From Actinomycetes bacterium (lineage in GTDB: Bacteria > Actinomycetota > Actinomycetes > JACCUZ01), in contig DATHAP010000021.1 in the NCBI GenBank assembly GCA_035489715.1, positions 694 through 64,693 of the forward strand: a stretch of 64,000 nt of DNA. Reading direction: 5' to 3'. This document shows, piece by piece, positions 46,132-56,617 of this stretch. Within the stretch, counting starts at the first letter, position 1; each line of letters opens with the position of its first letter. The notes beneath the pieces were generated by a model. That model did no database searches. It was not told where the DNA came from and saw only the letters and a program-made list of their open reading frames with translations. The translations under genes and the position numbers were made by a program.

Positions 46132-47415
46132 TCAGAGGCGCTGCCCGGCAGGCAGCCGCCGCGCCCATCGCCACAGCGCCACGTCGTAACCGCCCTTCAC
46201 GACACCCGCGACCAGCAACGGCAGACCCAACGCGACCTGCTGGAGCAACCCCCCGACCAGGGGGCCCAGTGGCCGCACCGAGTAGCGAGCAGCGTTGGTC
46301 ACCGCCGCCACCGATGTCCGCTCGGACGGTTCGACAACCCGCATCACCAGAGCTTGCCGGGTCGGCACGTCCATGTTCGACAGGCTGGTCCGCGCGAGCA
46401 GCAGCAGCACCGCGACCGGGAAGGTCGGGGCGAACGCGACCGCGGCCAGCAGCAGGTTGCTCGGCAGGTGGGTGCCGACCATCGTGGGCACCAGCCCGAC
46501 GCGGTCCGCCAGCCGCGGCGCGACCCACACGGACACCGCCTGCAGCACCGAGGTCGTGAAGAACAGGGCACCGAGCGCGCCCACGGGGACGCCGTATCGC
46601 TGGCTCAGGTAGTAGGCCAGGAAGCTCGCGGTCACCAGGCCGCCGCCGGCGGCGTCGACGGCGAACAGGGTGGCCAGCCGCCGGACCCGGGCCCGGGACG
46701 GGCCCAGCCGAGACCAGCCGCGCACCGCCGCGCCGACCCCCGATGTCGGCGCGATCGAGGCCGGACCCGGCAGATCGCCCGCGTCGGGCGGCGGCTCGAC
46801 CGCCCGGGTCAGCCGCGACGCCAACACCGCACCGGCCAGTCCCACCGGGACCAGCACCAGGAACGGCCACGACGACGACGCAGGCACCCCGAGCCGGGCC
46901 GGCACGGTGGCGGCCAGCGCGCCGGCCGCGCCGCACAGCAAGGCGACCGCGTTGTATACGCCGTAGACGCGGGCCCCGGACCGGCCGGCGGCACCGGCGT
47001 GCTCGTTGGCCAGCATCGACTGCTCCAGTGTGGTGGCCGGCCCGTTGTCGACCACGTCGGTCGACAACAGCCCGGTCAGCGCGACCAAGAGCAGCAGCCA
47101 CGTCATGACCTCGCGCCCGGCAGAGCCCCCGACCCCGTCGGCGACCGAGCCTCCGACCGCGACCATGAGCCCGGCGCACGCCAGCCCCACGAACAGCAGC
47201 AGGTAGCAGCGGCGGCGCCCGACCCGGTCCGCGACCGCGCCTACCACGAGGGAGGCGCCCGCGGTCCCGGCGACCAGCGCACCCAGCAGCACGCCGGTCC
47301 GCACCGTGGAGACGTCCCGGGCCGCGAGCAGCGCGCCGAGCAGAACCGCAGTGCACCCATACCCGCCCCCCCGCAGGCCCTGCGCGGCCACGATGCGCCG
47401 CGCGTCACGGCTCAT
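46132..47415 (-). CDS. MFS transporter
   Basis: 12 predicted TM helices. MFS-like motif region (VADRVGRRR) after TM2. The start may be M173 or M185 of the ORF. Confidence 0.7.
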   Translation of the reverse strand: MSRDARRIVAAQGLRGGGYGCTAVLLGALLAARDVSTVRTGVLLGALVAGTAGASLVVGAVADRVGRRRCYLLLFVGLACAGLMVAVGGSVADGVGGSAGREVMTWLLLLVALTGLLSTDVVDNGPATTLEQSMLANEHAGAAGRSGARVYGVYNAVALLCGAAGALAATVPARLGVPASSSWPFLVLVPVGLAGAVLASRLTRAVEPPPDAGDLPGPASIAPTSGVGAAVRGWSRLGPSRARVRRLATLFAVDAAGGGLVTASFLAYYLSQRYGVPVGALGALFFTTSVLQAVSVWVAPRLADRVGLVPTMVGTHLPSNLLLAAVAFAPTFPVAVLLLLARTSLSNMDVPTRQALVMRVVEPSERTSVAAVTNAARYSVRPLGPLVGGLLQQVALGLPLLVAGVVKGGYDVALWRWARRLPAGQRL

Positions 47416-47454
47416 CCGGACTTGACCAGTCGCCTGCGACCACGGTTGCATGTG

Positions 47455-48003
47455 ACCATGGTTGCACCGGAAGGCGGTCCCGGCGAGTGGGTGCTGCTCA
47501 CCTACCGGCTGCCGCGCGAGCCATCCACACCCCGCAGCGCCGTCTGGCGCCGGCTGCGCCGACTCGGCGTCGCCCAGCTCAGCGACGGACTGGTCGCGCT
47601 GCCCGCCGATGCTCGCACCCGCGAGCAGCTCGAGTGGATCGCCGACCAGGTCCGCGAAGCCGACGGGACCGCGGCCGTGTGGCTGGCTCGCCCGGCCTCG
47701 GCCGCGCACGAGCGGGAGATCGCCGTGGACATGGCAGCTGCCCGTGCCGGCGAGTACGTTCCGCTGCGCGAGCACGCGGAACGGGTCCACGCCGACGTGT
47801 CGCTCTCCGAGCCCGACCGGGCCCGCGCCGTCCGCCGACTGCGCGCGGATCTGCACCGCATCCGCCGGCGTGACTACTTCCCACCTCCCGAACGCGACCT
47901 GGCGCTGGCCGCCATCGACGCGCTCGCCCGCAGCGTCGCCACCCCCACCGGCGCTGCGACCCGCCACGCCGCGCTGCCTGTCGGCGAGGGGCAGCGACGA
48001 TGA
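47455..48003 (+). CDS. ChrB-like protein, N-terminal domain (chromate resistance regulator family)
   Basis: WVLLTYRLPREPSTPRSAVWRRLRRLGVAQLSDGLVALP matches the ChrB N-terminal signature. Divergent from the MFS gene. Confidence 0.55.
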   Translation, partial: TMVAPEGGPGEWVLLTYRLPREPSTPRSAVWRRLRRLGVAQLSDGLVALPADARTREQLEWIADQVREADGTAAVWLARPASAAHEREIAVDMAAARAGEYVPLREHAERVHADVSLSEPDRARAVRRLRADLHRIRRRDYFPPPERDLALAAIDALARSVATPTGAATRHAALPVGEGQRR

Positions 48004-48422
48004 AGTGGGTGACCCGTCAGTCCGTGCACATCGACCGGGCCGCGTGCGCCTGGCTGATCCGCCGCTTCATCGACCCGACCGCCGACTTCGAGTTTGTCGC
48101 CGACCCCGACGAGGTCCCCGCCGACGCGACCCTCTTCGACATGCCGGGTGTCGATCTGTCCCACCACGGCGACGACTGCACCTTCGAGACTTTGCTGCGT
48201 CGCCACCATCTCACCGACCCCGTTCTGTGGCGCCTCGCCGCACTGGTCCACGAGGCCGACATCGACGACGGCCACTACGACGCCCCCGAGGCGCCCGGCT
48301 TCGACATCGCGCTGCGCGGGCTGAGCATGGTCGCCGACGACGACCGCGTCCTCGAGCTGACCGGGCCGTTGTTCGAGGGAACCTACCGAGTTCTTCCGCC
48401 GCCAGCTCCTCCTCGGAAATGA
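48000..48422 (+). CDS. ChrB-like protein, C-terminal domain
   Basis: MKWVTRQSVHIDRAACAWLIRRFIDP... matches the ChrB C-terminal domain pattern. ATGA overlap with the preceding ORF. Confidence 0.55.
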   Translation: MKWVTRQSVHIDRAACAWLIRRFIDPTADFEFVADPDEVPADATLFDMPGVDLSHHGDDCTFETLLRRHHLTDPVLWRLAALVHEADIDDGHYDAPEAPGFDIALRGLSMVADDDRVLELTGPLFEGTYRVLPPPAPPRK

Positions 48423-48995
48423 ACGGGCATGACCCGTCCGCAGCACGTCTCCGGGGGCCGCGACCGAACAACCCGGCGGCGAGAAACCCGACCGCGACGA
48501 TTCGACGGGAGCCGAACCGACCGCTGCTGTAACGGTCGATCCGCCGCTCTCGGCGACGGCCGCAATAGGGCGCGACTGGTTCCGACACAAGTATCGCCCA
48601 AGGCCGGTTGGTATCGAGCTCCCAGCCCAAGGGCTCCGCGGTCGGTCGGCATGCGGTTGCGCCAACATTTGACTGACCGGTGCTGCCTTTCCCCCGTGGA
48701 CAGCGCCGGCCCACATCTGGTTCAGTCCCAACGCGCTCCTAAGCGGAGGGCACCCGTTTGCCTGATGTTTCCGCATGCTGATGGATCCGCGGCAGAAGTG
48801 AGTCTGTTGGCGGTGCAGCGGACGCTCCCCCTGGCATTCGTGACGGCTCGGGGCCGCTTCTTATCGACATCTAGGATGCTGAATTACGGTGAATCCGCGT
48901 CGTGGCGCGGAGCGGGAGCAGATCTGCGCCATCATCATCCGACATCGAATTGGCGGCGAGCAGAGCGTCTCAGCCAGGTTGCAGTCGCGACGCCG

Positions 48996-49448
48996 TCATG
49001 TGTGCGGGCCCGGTGCTGTTGGTGCCATTGGGCTGCGCTCGCGGTCCGCCGTTCGTCGTTGGTGCGCGGCTGCCTCAAACGGCGCACGGTTCGTGCCCTC
49101 ACCGCTCAACGGCGCGACGCCGCGACCCGTGACTGGCCTGCTGCCCAGCAACCGGGGCATAAAAGCCCCGGGGTGGATACGGACGGTCACGATCAGCCAC
49201 CGGCCGTCTAGCACCCAGACACGGCCCTCTGCGTGCCCGATACGTGCCAGGTACGCCAGAGCGGCGATGCAAGCCGCAGCCTCTCCGCTTGGATCGTCTG
49301 CGTCGGTGCCGGCCGAGGCCACGACGGCGCCGGCTTGGGCGGCCTGCTCGGCATGACCGTTCGCGTGCCGTTGGGCATCCCGGGTTGACATCCGGTCCAA
49401 TGCCAGGCCGGCGCCGAGAATGACGACCGCGGCCAGGAACGCCGCCAT
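48996..49448 (-). CDS. Hypothetical protein with N-terminal TM helix (weak)
   Basis: Only protein-like ORF in a 1.2-kb stretch with little credible coding signal. No motif. Confidence 0.2.
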   Translation of the reverse strand: MAAFLAAVVILGAGLALDRMSTRDAQRHANGHAEQAAQAGAVVASAGTDADDPSGEAAACIAALAYLARIGHAEGRVWVLDGRWLIVTVRIHPGAFMPRLLGSRPVTGRGVAPLSGEGTNRAPFEAAAHQRRTADRERSPMAPTAPGPHT

Positions 49449-49699
49449 TCGCCACAACCGCCGCTGGGGCCGGTCGGGGGTCGAACGTGTGCGTACATGG
49501 CCGTGGTAACTGGTGCCAAGCGGCCGCACCACTTCTCTACCGTGCGCCGTCGGGGGTCGCTCCCACAAGCCCTCGCGGGGGGCCATTGCCAGTGTCGGCT
49601 GGCCTGGCAAGCATGCAGGCCGGCCTATTCCAAGCACCTGGTGTCCCGAACACCCCGGGCAATGAGCAAGTGCCGCAATAGGCCGCGGGGATCATCCGC

Positions 49700-51208
49700 T
49701 TACGGGGTGGTCGGTGACGCGCTCGGGGACACTGCCGGCGGGAACTGCTCTGCATAGACTTTCCGCTCGATCTTGGCTGAGACCAGGCCGAGCCCGCCGA
49801 GCGTAATGTCGTCCCAGGCTTGCAGACGCCCCGTCCGCCGATCAAAGTAGAGCACTGACGCGCGCACCGGCGTCGGCTTCTCGTTCTGCAGCCCGGCAAG
49901 CCCGGAGCCACCGGTCGAGCCCTGCAAGAAGCTCACCGTGCCGGCTGGGAGCTGGCTCTGTTCGCGGCGGTGGTAGTGCCCTGAGAGCACGAGTGGCACC
50001 AGGCCGTCCAGCTCAAGGGCCGATGCCCCGTCATGCATCACGGCGACGTCGACCGGGTGGCCCGCTTCCGCCGCTGCTCCGGCCCGGTCGGCGAGCAGCA
50101 AAGCGACCTGTGAGACGCTGGGCGGCGCGTTCTGGTCCCGGGTGTTCTTGTCGGGGGTGAACCGCGGGTCACCAATCCCAAGAAACCGCAGCCCCGCAAC
50201 CTCGACGATCTGCCCGTCGAGGACCACCGCGTTCGGCTGCGCCGCGACTGCGGCCTCTGTCACCCCCGAGTCGTGGTTGCCACGCGCCCATAAATACGGC
50301 ACTCCCAGTGTCCCGATTGACTTGACGTAGAAGTTCTCCGGCGCTGTCCCGTGATCCATGAGGTCGCCCGCGTCCACTATCGCGTCGGCGTCGTACTGGT
50401 CCGTAACTGACCGGATCACCTCCCAGGAAGCGGGGTTGAGATGCATGTCGGACACGAACAGGATCCGCACCGTCGACGGGTCAGGGCGGTACGCAGGCAA
50501 CGTCGACGTCACGTCATAAAGCCGGGAGACGTTCGTCACGAGTATCGCGAGCTGTGCCTCGTACTTCTGGAAGTCGGTCACGATGCTCTGCGCGTCGCCT
50601 ACAACCGTGGGCGCACTGGCGAGCAGACCCTGGTACTTCGGCTCATTAATGCTCTCCGGATCCCAGGTCGCCGCCGCTGTCCCGCCCCCGGCCAGCACGG
50701 CCGCCAGGCACACACCCCCGCTGGCCATCACAAGCCGGAACCGGCGGCGGAAGACCATCAGGCCCAGGAGCAGCGCGCCAACCACGGCGGCGAGGACTGA
50801 CCGAATCACGAGTTTCTTGACGCCGTTCGTCAGGTCCTTCGCGACCTGCTCCCCCAAGCCCTCGACCGTCGTGGGATTGCTGAAGATGCGCCGCGCATCG
50901 GCGGCATTGATCCGGGTCACCTCGGCGCTCAGGCGCCACGGCCCGGTATGACTGTCGACGGTTAACTCACCCAGCGGCGGGATCGCGAGCTCGCTGCCGC
51001 CATGCACATTGGGCTGCACCGCCAGCCGTGCCTCGAGTGGCCCCACTGGCGTCTCGAGCCGGCCACCCGCGAGCAGGCCCAACCAGCAGCCCACCAAACC
51101 CACAACCACCACCTCGACCACGATGCCCACCCGCCGACGACGGCTGCCCTGCTCGCCGCGCAGCCGGTCCCAACGCGCGTTTAGCCGGGAGATGGCTGAC
51201 ACGGACAT
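49700..51208 (-). CDS. Membrane-anchored metallophosphoesterase (calcineurin-like phosphoesterase)
   Basis: Motifs ILFVSDMHLN, GDLMDHG, ARGNHD and SGHYH. Two N-terminal TM segments. AGGAG SD before the ATG at 51208. Confidence 0.75.
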   Translation of the reverse strand: MSVSAISRLNARWDRLRGEQGSRRRRVGIVVEVVVVGLVGCWLGLLAGGRLETPVGPLEARLAVQPNVHGGSELAIPPLGELTVDSHTGPWRLSAEVTRINAADARRIFSNPTTVEGLGEQVAKDLTNGVKKLVIRSVLAAVVGALLLGLMVFRRRFRLVMASGGVCLAAVLAGGGTAAATWDPESINEPKYQGLLASAPTVVGDAQSIVTDFQKYEAQLAILVTNVSRLYDVTSTLPAYRPDPSTVRILFVSDMHLNPASWEVIRSVTDQYDADAIVDAGDLMDHGTAPENFYVKSIGTLGVPYLWARGNHDSGVTEAAVAAQPNAVVLDGQIVEVAGLRFLGIGDPRFTPDKNTRDQNAPPSVSQVALLLADRAGAAAEAGHPVDVAVMHDGASALELDGLVPLVLSGHYHRREQSQLPAGTVSFLQGSTGGSGLAGLQNEKPTPVRASVLYFDRRTGRLQAWDDITLGGLGLVSAKIERKVYAEQFPPAVSPSASPTTP

Positions 51209-52557
51209 GGCTCCTACCTCACTCCCCCGCGCACCGTTGTCGGAGAGGCGTCCAGGGCGCGGGCCCGTCGTCACCAGTCTCGGGGGCCGCGCCACGGCGC
51301 TCACGCCGCCATGCGGGGCGTCCGCGCTGACCCGCTCAAGTGGTGGCGCGCCCCGGGTGGCGCTACCGAAGTCAGCGGTTTCATTCGGGGTATTTCAGAC
51401 CGACGCTCATCGGTGGGCCCTCGCCCACGCCTCGAGCGCACCAACGCTGACCAGAAGGTCGCCGTTGGCCCTGGAATACGGCCGTACGGGAGTGTTTCAT
51501 TGCGAGCCCGCCCGGGCGAGTTCGCCGAGAGGCCTACCAATTCTGTCGGCGGCGTGCCGTAGGTCCAACCACTCGTCGGGCTCCGACAGCCCGCCGGTTA
51601 GACGTCGCAGTTGCACACTTCCCCTATCGACGTCCCTAGGCCCCCTCTTTATTTCTGTGGCCGGTCCTGACCCCCGCCACATAAATGTGGGTGACGAAGA
51701 GCCGGACCGGCGCGGGCGGTGAGCGGGAGGTCGAGCAGTTCTAACCGACGTTCGGCCATGCAAGCGCTCTGGCAAGCGGATGCTGGCATCGCCCCTGTTA
51801 GGTCATCCGGGGAGAGATCATTTAGCGCAAGCTACCCACCATTCGCCGATGAGCGGCGCTCAGCATGGGCCTCGGCAGGCGGGACGGCGACCGCTGCACT
51901 CTCACCTGCTCGCACCGGAGCGCGTCGTCGGAGACCATCACGTCCACCGGCAGAGCTTCCGTACGCCCGAGTCGGTCCTGCCGTCCACTGGCGATCCGCG
52001 AGGTGATCGCTGAATGATCGAGTCGAATTGGGCACATCATCGCCAACCAGAGGACCGACGCGACGACCAACCCAGCGCAGGCCGCACAGACCAGCACCGA
52101 CAGCCACAGCCCCCTGTCCTCGGCCGGACGGTACGCGGACGAGGTCAGCACCCCGTCATGGTGTCGTTGGAGATCCCGGAAGCGCAGGCAGGTGGCCGTG
52201 AGAGTTGGGACTTTCAAGAGCGAATCGCGCAAGACGGAGGCGTCCGCCGGTGCTTGATCGCGCCGATGGTACGGGGTTGCGCTCGCCGTCCGCGCCGGGC
52301 GCCTTGCCCGGCCGGCGCGATGCCGGTCGCAGCGTCGCCACGGCGCGAGCTCGCGGCGATGACGCAAGAGCGCCGTTCCGTGATGCACGGTCTGGCCCAT
52401 CACGCTCCGTGAGCACTGTGGACGCCGATTCGGGCGAGGGTCGTCTAGAAGGCACCGACGTCTTGCCGCGAGGGTCGGCCGGGGTGTCTGATGCAGGAGG
52501 CGGAGCGGCGTGGTCGGCGCTCCGGCGATCAGCCCCCGCCAGGAGCGGAGGGACGTC

Positions 52558-54462
52558 ATGCGAGTTGTTGCTCTGTCGACGGCCGCCTGCCTGGCGCTGT
52601 CGTTGGCCGGCCTGTCAACCACGGCCTCGGCGGCTCCGGCGGGCACGGTGGAGAGTGCCGTGACTGATGACGGTGCCTACGTGCGCCATGACGGTGGCAC
52701 CGACCGGGCCATTCAGCACTGCAGCACCGGGGGCTCCAGCGCCACGCCGGCTGCTCCAGCCAACGGCGACGCCGACCCCAATGACGGCGGGAACAGGCGG
52801 CAGGGCAACGAGCCGTCCGTGGCCGTGGACCCGACCAACCCCAACCTCGTCGTGGCCGGATGGAACGACTACTGCCAGTCGGACCTGGCGGCGGGCTGGC
52901 AAGGCCTCGCCTACTCCACGGACCGGGGGGCGTCCTGGACCGACTCGGTGGTCCCCGGCTACCCCGCCGACACCTCGGCCGAGGGGATGGCCTCGCCGCT
53001 GTACGGGACGCACACCGACGCCGGTGACCCGCTGGTCGCCTTCGACAACGCCGGCCGGCTGTTCGTCGGCGGGATCGCGTTCAACCGGGTCAAGCCCTCC
53101 AACGGCGATGTGTGGCTGGCTTCCTACAGCAACCAGCCGCACCCGTCCGGGTACCCGAAGGACTACCTGCGCACGGTCGTCGTCGGCAAGGGCACGCCCT
53201 CGGAGGTGATCGGCGGCATCTTCCAGGACAAGCCGTCCCTCGAGGTGGACCGCACCGGGGGGCCGGACGACGGCAACGTCTACATGTGCTGGTCCCGGTT
53301 CGTTGGCGCTGCCGGCCGCACCAAGATCTACTTCAGCCGCTCCACCGACCACGGGGCCACTTTCTCCCGGCCGATGCCGCTGTCCGAGGGCGTCTCGGTG
53401 CAGGGCTGCGACATCGCCGTCGAGCACGACGGCGACGTCTACGTCACCTGGGGCACCTTCAACACCTCCGCGCGGATCGACCAGGACGGGATGGCCTTCG
53501 CCCGGTCGACCAACGGCGGCGCGAGCTTCTCCCGGGCGGGCGTGCTGGCCGGTTTCACCCGGTACTTCCCCTTCGACGGCAGCCGGGACTGCGGCGACGA
53601 CACCGAGTTTTGCGGCCCACCCGGCTACGTCTTCCACCGGGTGCCGCTCGAGCCACGGGTCACCGCCGACCAGACCGGGCAGCTGCCGGGGATCTACGCG
53701 ACCTTCAACGCCATCGACCCGACCACCCGGGTGGCCAGCACGTCCCCGTACTCGTCGGCGGACCCTGGCTTCGTCGGGCGCTCGGTGGTCTACGTCGCCC
53801 GGTCCACCAACAACGGCCAGACCTGGGGGGACCCGGTCAAGGTGGACAACGCCGGAGGCCGCGGACACCAATACTTCAGCGACGTCGACGCCTACGCCGG
53901 CCGGCTGATGGCCATCTGGCAGGACAACCGCACTGACGACGACTACAGCGTGCAGCTGCCGATCGGCAACACCCTGGACGCCCAAGGCCGCGCGATCTCC
54001 TCGGCCGAACCACTGCAGGCAGCCCTGGCCGACGTCGTCGGCACCTACGCCTCGGTGTCGACCAACGGCACGTCATTCACGCCGCTGGGGATGATCTCGA
54101 CCGTGACGCACCAGCCGCAGAAGGAGATGTTCGCCAACCGGTCGGTGCCGTTCCAGGGCGACTACAACTGGGTCGCTCTCGCCGACTCGACACCAGGACC
54201 GGCCATCGGGTCACTGTTCGCATACGCGGCGTGGACGGACAACCGGCAAGTCGTAGGCGGTGTCGACCCGCGCGAGCTCGAGGCCGACGGGTACGACGAC
54301 GGGTTCGACGTGCTGCAGTGCCGGATCGATCTCGGTGCCGGGCCGGCATTGCCCGAAACTGTGCCGCTCGCCCGCAGGGACGCGCCGTACAGCGGCGACA
54401 ACTGCGGTAACGCCGGCGGGCTCGACCAGGACATCTTCGGGGCGATGGTGCCGGTGAGCTGA
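52558..54462 (+). CDS. Secreted BNR/Asp-box repeat protein (sialidase-like beta-propeller)
   Basis: Signal peptide MRVVALSTAACLALSLAGLSTTASA. Four Asp-boxes (STDRGASW, SRSTDHGATF, ARSTNGGASF, ARSTNNGQTW). Confidence 0.75.
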   Translation: MRVVALSTAACLALSLAGLSTTASAAPAGTVESAVTDDGAYVRHDGGTDRAIQHCSTGGSSATPAAPANGDADPNDGGNRRQGNEPSVAVDPTNPNLVVAGWNDYCQSDLAAGWQGLAYSTDRGASWTDSVVPGYPADTSAEGMASPLYGTHTDAGDPLVAFDNAGRLFVGGIAFNRVKPSNGDVWLASYSNQPHPSGYPKDYLRTVVVGKGTPSEVIGGIFQDKPSLEVDRTGGPDDGNVYMCWSRFVGAAGRTKIYFSRSTDHGATFSRPMPLSEGVSVQGCDIAVEHDGDVYVTWGTFNTSARIDQDGMAFARSTNGGASFSRAGVLAGFTRYFPFDGSRDCGDDTEFCGPPGYVFHRVPLEPRVTADQTGQLPGIYATFNAIDPTTRVASTSPYSSADPGFVGRSVVYVARSTNNGQTWGDPVKVDNAGGRGHQYFSDVDAYAGRLMAIWQDNRTDDDYSVQLPIGNTLDAQGRAISSAEPLQAALADVVGTYASVSTNGTSFTPLGMISTVTHQPQKEMFANRSVPFQGDYNWVALADSTPGPAIGSLFAYAAWTDNRQVVGGVDPRELEADGYDDGFDVLQCRIDLGAGPALPETVPLARRDAPYSGDNCGNAGGLDQDIFGAMVPVS

Positions 54463-54865
54463 ACGGCCACACCTGCGGGTCGCCCCCGTTCCGGGCGGCC
54501 CGCAGTGGTCAGCTTCTGGGCTCGAGTTCCAACTCGGGCCGACCGAGCGGGTGATGGTCGTTCCGGGGCTGGTCGGACCGGCCCTAACGCTGTGTCCGTC
54601 AGAGCAACTGCCCGTCGCCAGGCATCGGGCTGGCCACGGCGAGGCGGGCCTTGTGGATCGAGATGTTCATGTGACGGATCATCCTCGGCGAGGTCCGCCA
54701 AGAGGAGTCGCTTGACCTGCCGTAGGTCGCGGTAGGTTCTCGACTTCGATCATGGGTACCCACTCTCGTGCGAGAGGGGGTACCCACATCGGGGACAGCC
54801 GCTCAGTGAGACCGGAGCCGATCCCGAGTTCCTCTCGGGGTAGGTCCCCGAGAAGATGGCTGACC

Positions 54866-55543
54866 GTGACCCCCGAGAGTCGATCCTGGCCAGCGACGCT
54901 CGGACTGCTGGCAGGGGCGTGGGCGGCGGTCGCAGCCGTCGTCGTCGCTTGGGGCTGGGTGCTCACGAACCACCTCGAGGGCTCGATCGGCGCCGTCGAC
55001 GACGACCTGGCACGCCAGATCACGGACGAGCGTACCCCGATACTCACCGACGCCGCCGAGATCGGGACCTACCTCGGCGAGACGCGCGTGGGCGGCATCG
55101 TGGTCGCGCTCGCCGCGGTCGTCTTCGCGCTCTGGAAGCGGACCTGGCTGCCGATCGTCTTCGTCGCCATCGTGGAGGCCGGTCTGGGCGGCATCTACCG
55201 GCTCGGGATCCACGTCGATCCGCGCGACCGTCCGCCTGTCCAGAGCCTCGACACGGGACTGGATCCCCAACACAGCTTCCCATCGGGCCATGTCGGGACG
55301 GCGATGGCGATCTTCCTGGTCCTGCTCTCCCTGGTCTTCGCGTACACGCGGGCCTCCCGAGGGTGGGGGATGCTGCTGGTCGTGGTCCCGCTGGCGTGCC
55401 TGGCCGCGCGGCTCTACCAGGGGGCCCACCACCTCAGTGATGTCCTCACCAGCGTGGTTTACGCGGCCGCGTGGATCGGCATCGTCGCCCGGCTGGTTTT
55501 CGGCCAGCGCGTCGCCAACCCCTCATCTACCGTCTCCGCGTGA
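54866..55543 (+). CDS. PAP2 family phosphatase (phosphatidic acid phosphatase type 2)
   Basis: PAP2 motifs KxxxxxxRP (HVDPRDRPP), PSGH, and SR...H...D (YQGAHHLSDV). About 6 TM helices. Confidence 0.75.
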   Translation: MTPESRSWPATLGLLAGAWAAVAAVVVAWGWVLTNHLEGSIGAVDDDLARQITDERTPILTDAAEIGTYLGETRVGGIVVALAAVVFALWKRTWLPIVFVAIVEAGLGGIYRLGIHVDPRDRPPVQSLDTGLDPQHSFPSGHVGTAMAIFLVLLSLVFAYTRASRGWGMLLVVVPLACLAARLYQGAHHLSDVLTSVVYAAAWIGIVARLVFGQRVANPSSTVSA

Positions 55544-55946
55544 GCGACCAGGGCGCCCACGCCAGGCCCAGGCTCCTGCGGCTTCGCCTGCTCGCCCGCG
55601 ACGATCGCTGCTCGGGGCGTTGCTGGCGATCTCGCTGCTCTGGTTGTCGTCGGCACTGCGGTGTTCGGGGTCGGGCGAGACGACGATGATGAGGCCGTCG
55701 AGTCGATCCCTGCGGTCACCGCAGCGAGCCGTGTTGCCGACCTCTGGCGATCGAGGTGTTCGAGAACCTGAGCCGCGAGCACGTGCCCGGTGACGTCGAC
55801 TACCGGCTTCGGGGCCGCTTTTCTGTCAGCTGGTTTCCGCCTCGGATCCGCCCGGAATCACGCGGCCGTCGAACGTTGGCAAAGGTGGGCCATAATGTGC
55901 CGGCGCGGGACCTCAACGTAGCGGGCGGCATAGGGGGGAGGCAGCA

Positions 55947-56042
55947 GTGAGACAATTGCGTCGTGGAATGACGCCTCTCGTCATCGGCTGGATTGCCCTG
56001 ATCGCCCTGATCGTGGTGCTCCTGGAGGTCTTGAGACGGTGA
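55947..56042 (+). CDS. Candidate 31-aa hydrophobic peptide (MRQLRRGMTPLVIGWIALIALIVVLLEVLRR)
   Basis: GTG preceded by GGGGGGAGG at about 6 nt. Single TM helix. Below the ORF-track size cutoff. Confidence 0.3.
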   Translation: MRQLRRGMTPLVIGWIALIALIVVLLEVLRR

Positions 56043-56617
56043 GCTGGCCGGCCGTCAGGGGTGGGGAATCCCTCGCTCCCCCGGGGCAACAGAGGTCTTT
56101 GTGGGCCGCGCGCAGCCTCGCCCGCACTTCCTGGGGTCACCGGCGGTGCTGACCATTGGGGGTGTGGCGCAAGGCGCGATCCGCCGATCGCGTACCCCGG
56201 CGCCCGACTCGCCAGGAGCTGCACGACGCGACTCCGGTAGGTAGAGGTCTTCGCTCTGGACGCGCTCGGCCGCATCGCCCCGGGCGCCGGAGACCCGGGA
56301 AGGCATTAGGCATCGGCTCAACTCGGGCAACGGCGGCTGACCGGCCTGTGGACATGGGCGCGATCACACCCGGCGTCAAGGTGTGACCAATGCACCGTCT
56401 CGGAGAATCTGGGTCCTGCGCCGGACGGGGGGCTGGACGATAGTGCCGCGTGCGTCGCCGGGCGCAGTTCGGAAGGCCTTACAACGACTCGTTGACCGTG
56501 CGGGTCACTTCGTCAGGATCGATGCTGCCTTTATGGAGGTGTCACCCAGCCAGGCTGCGGGCAGGACCGTGGAAGAGTGCCCGCTCGGGGGCACCAGTGG
56601 AAGAAGGAGTCCCTGCC

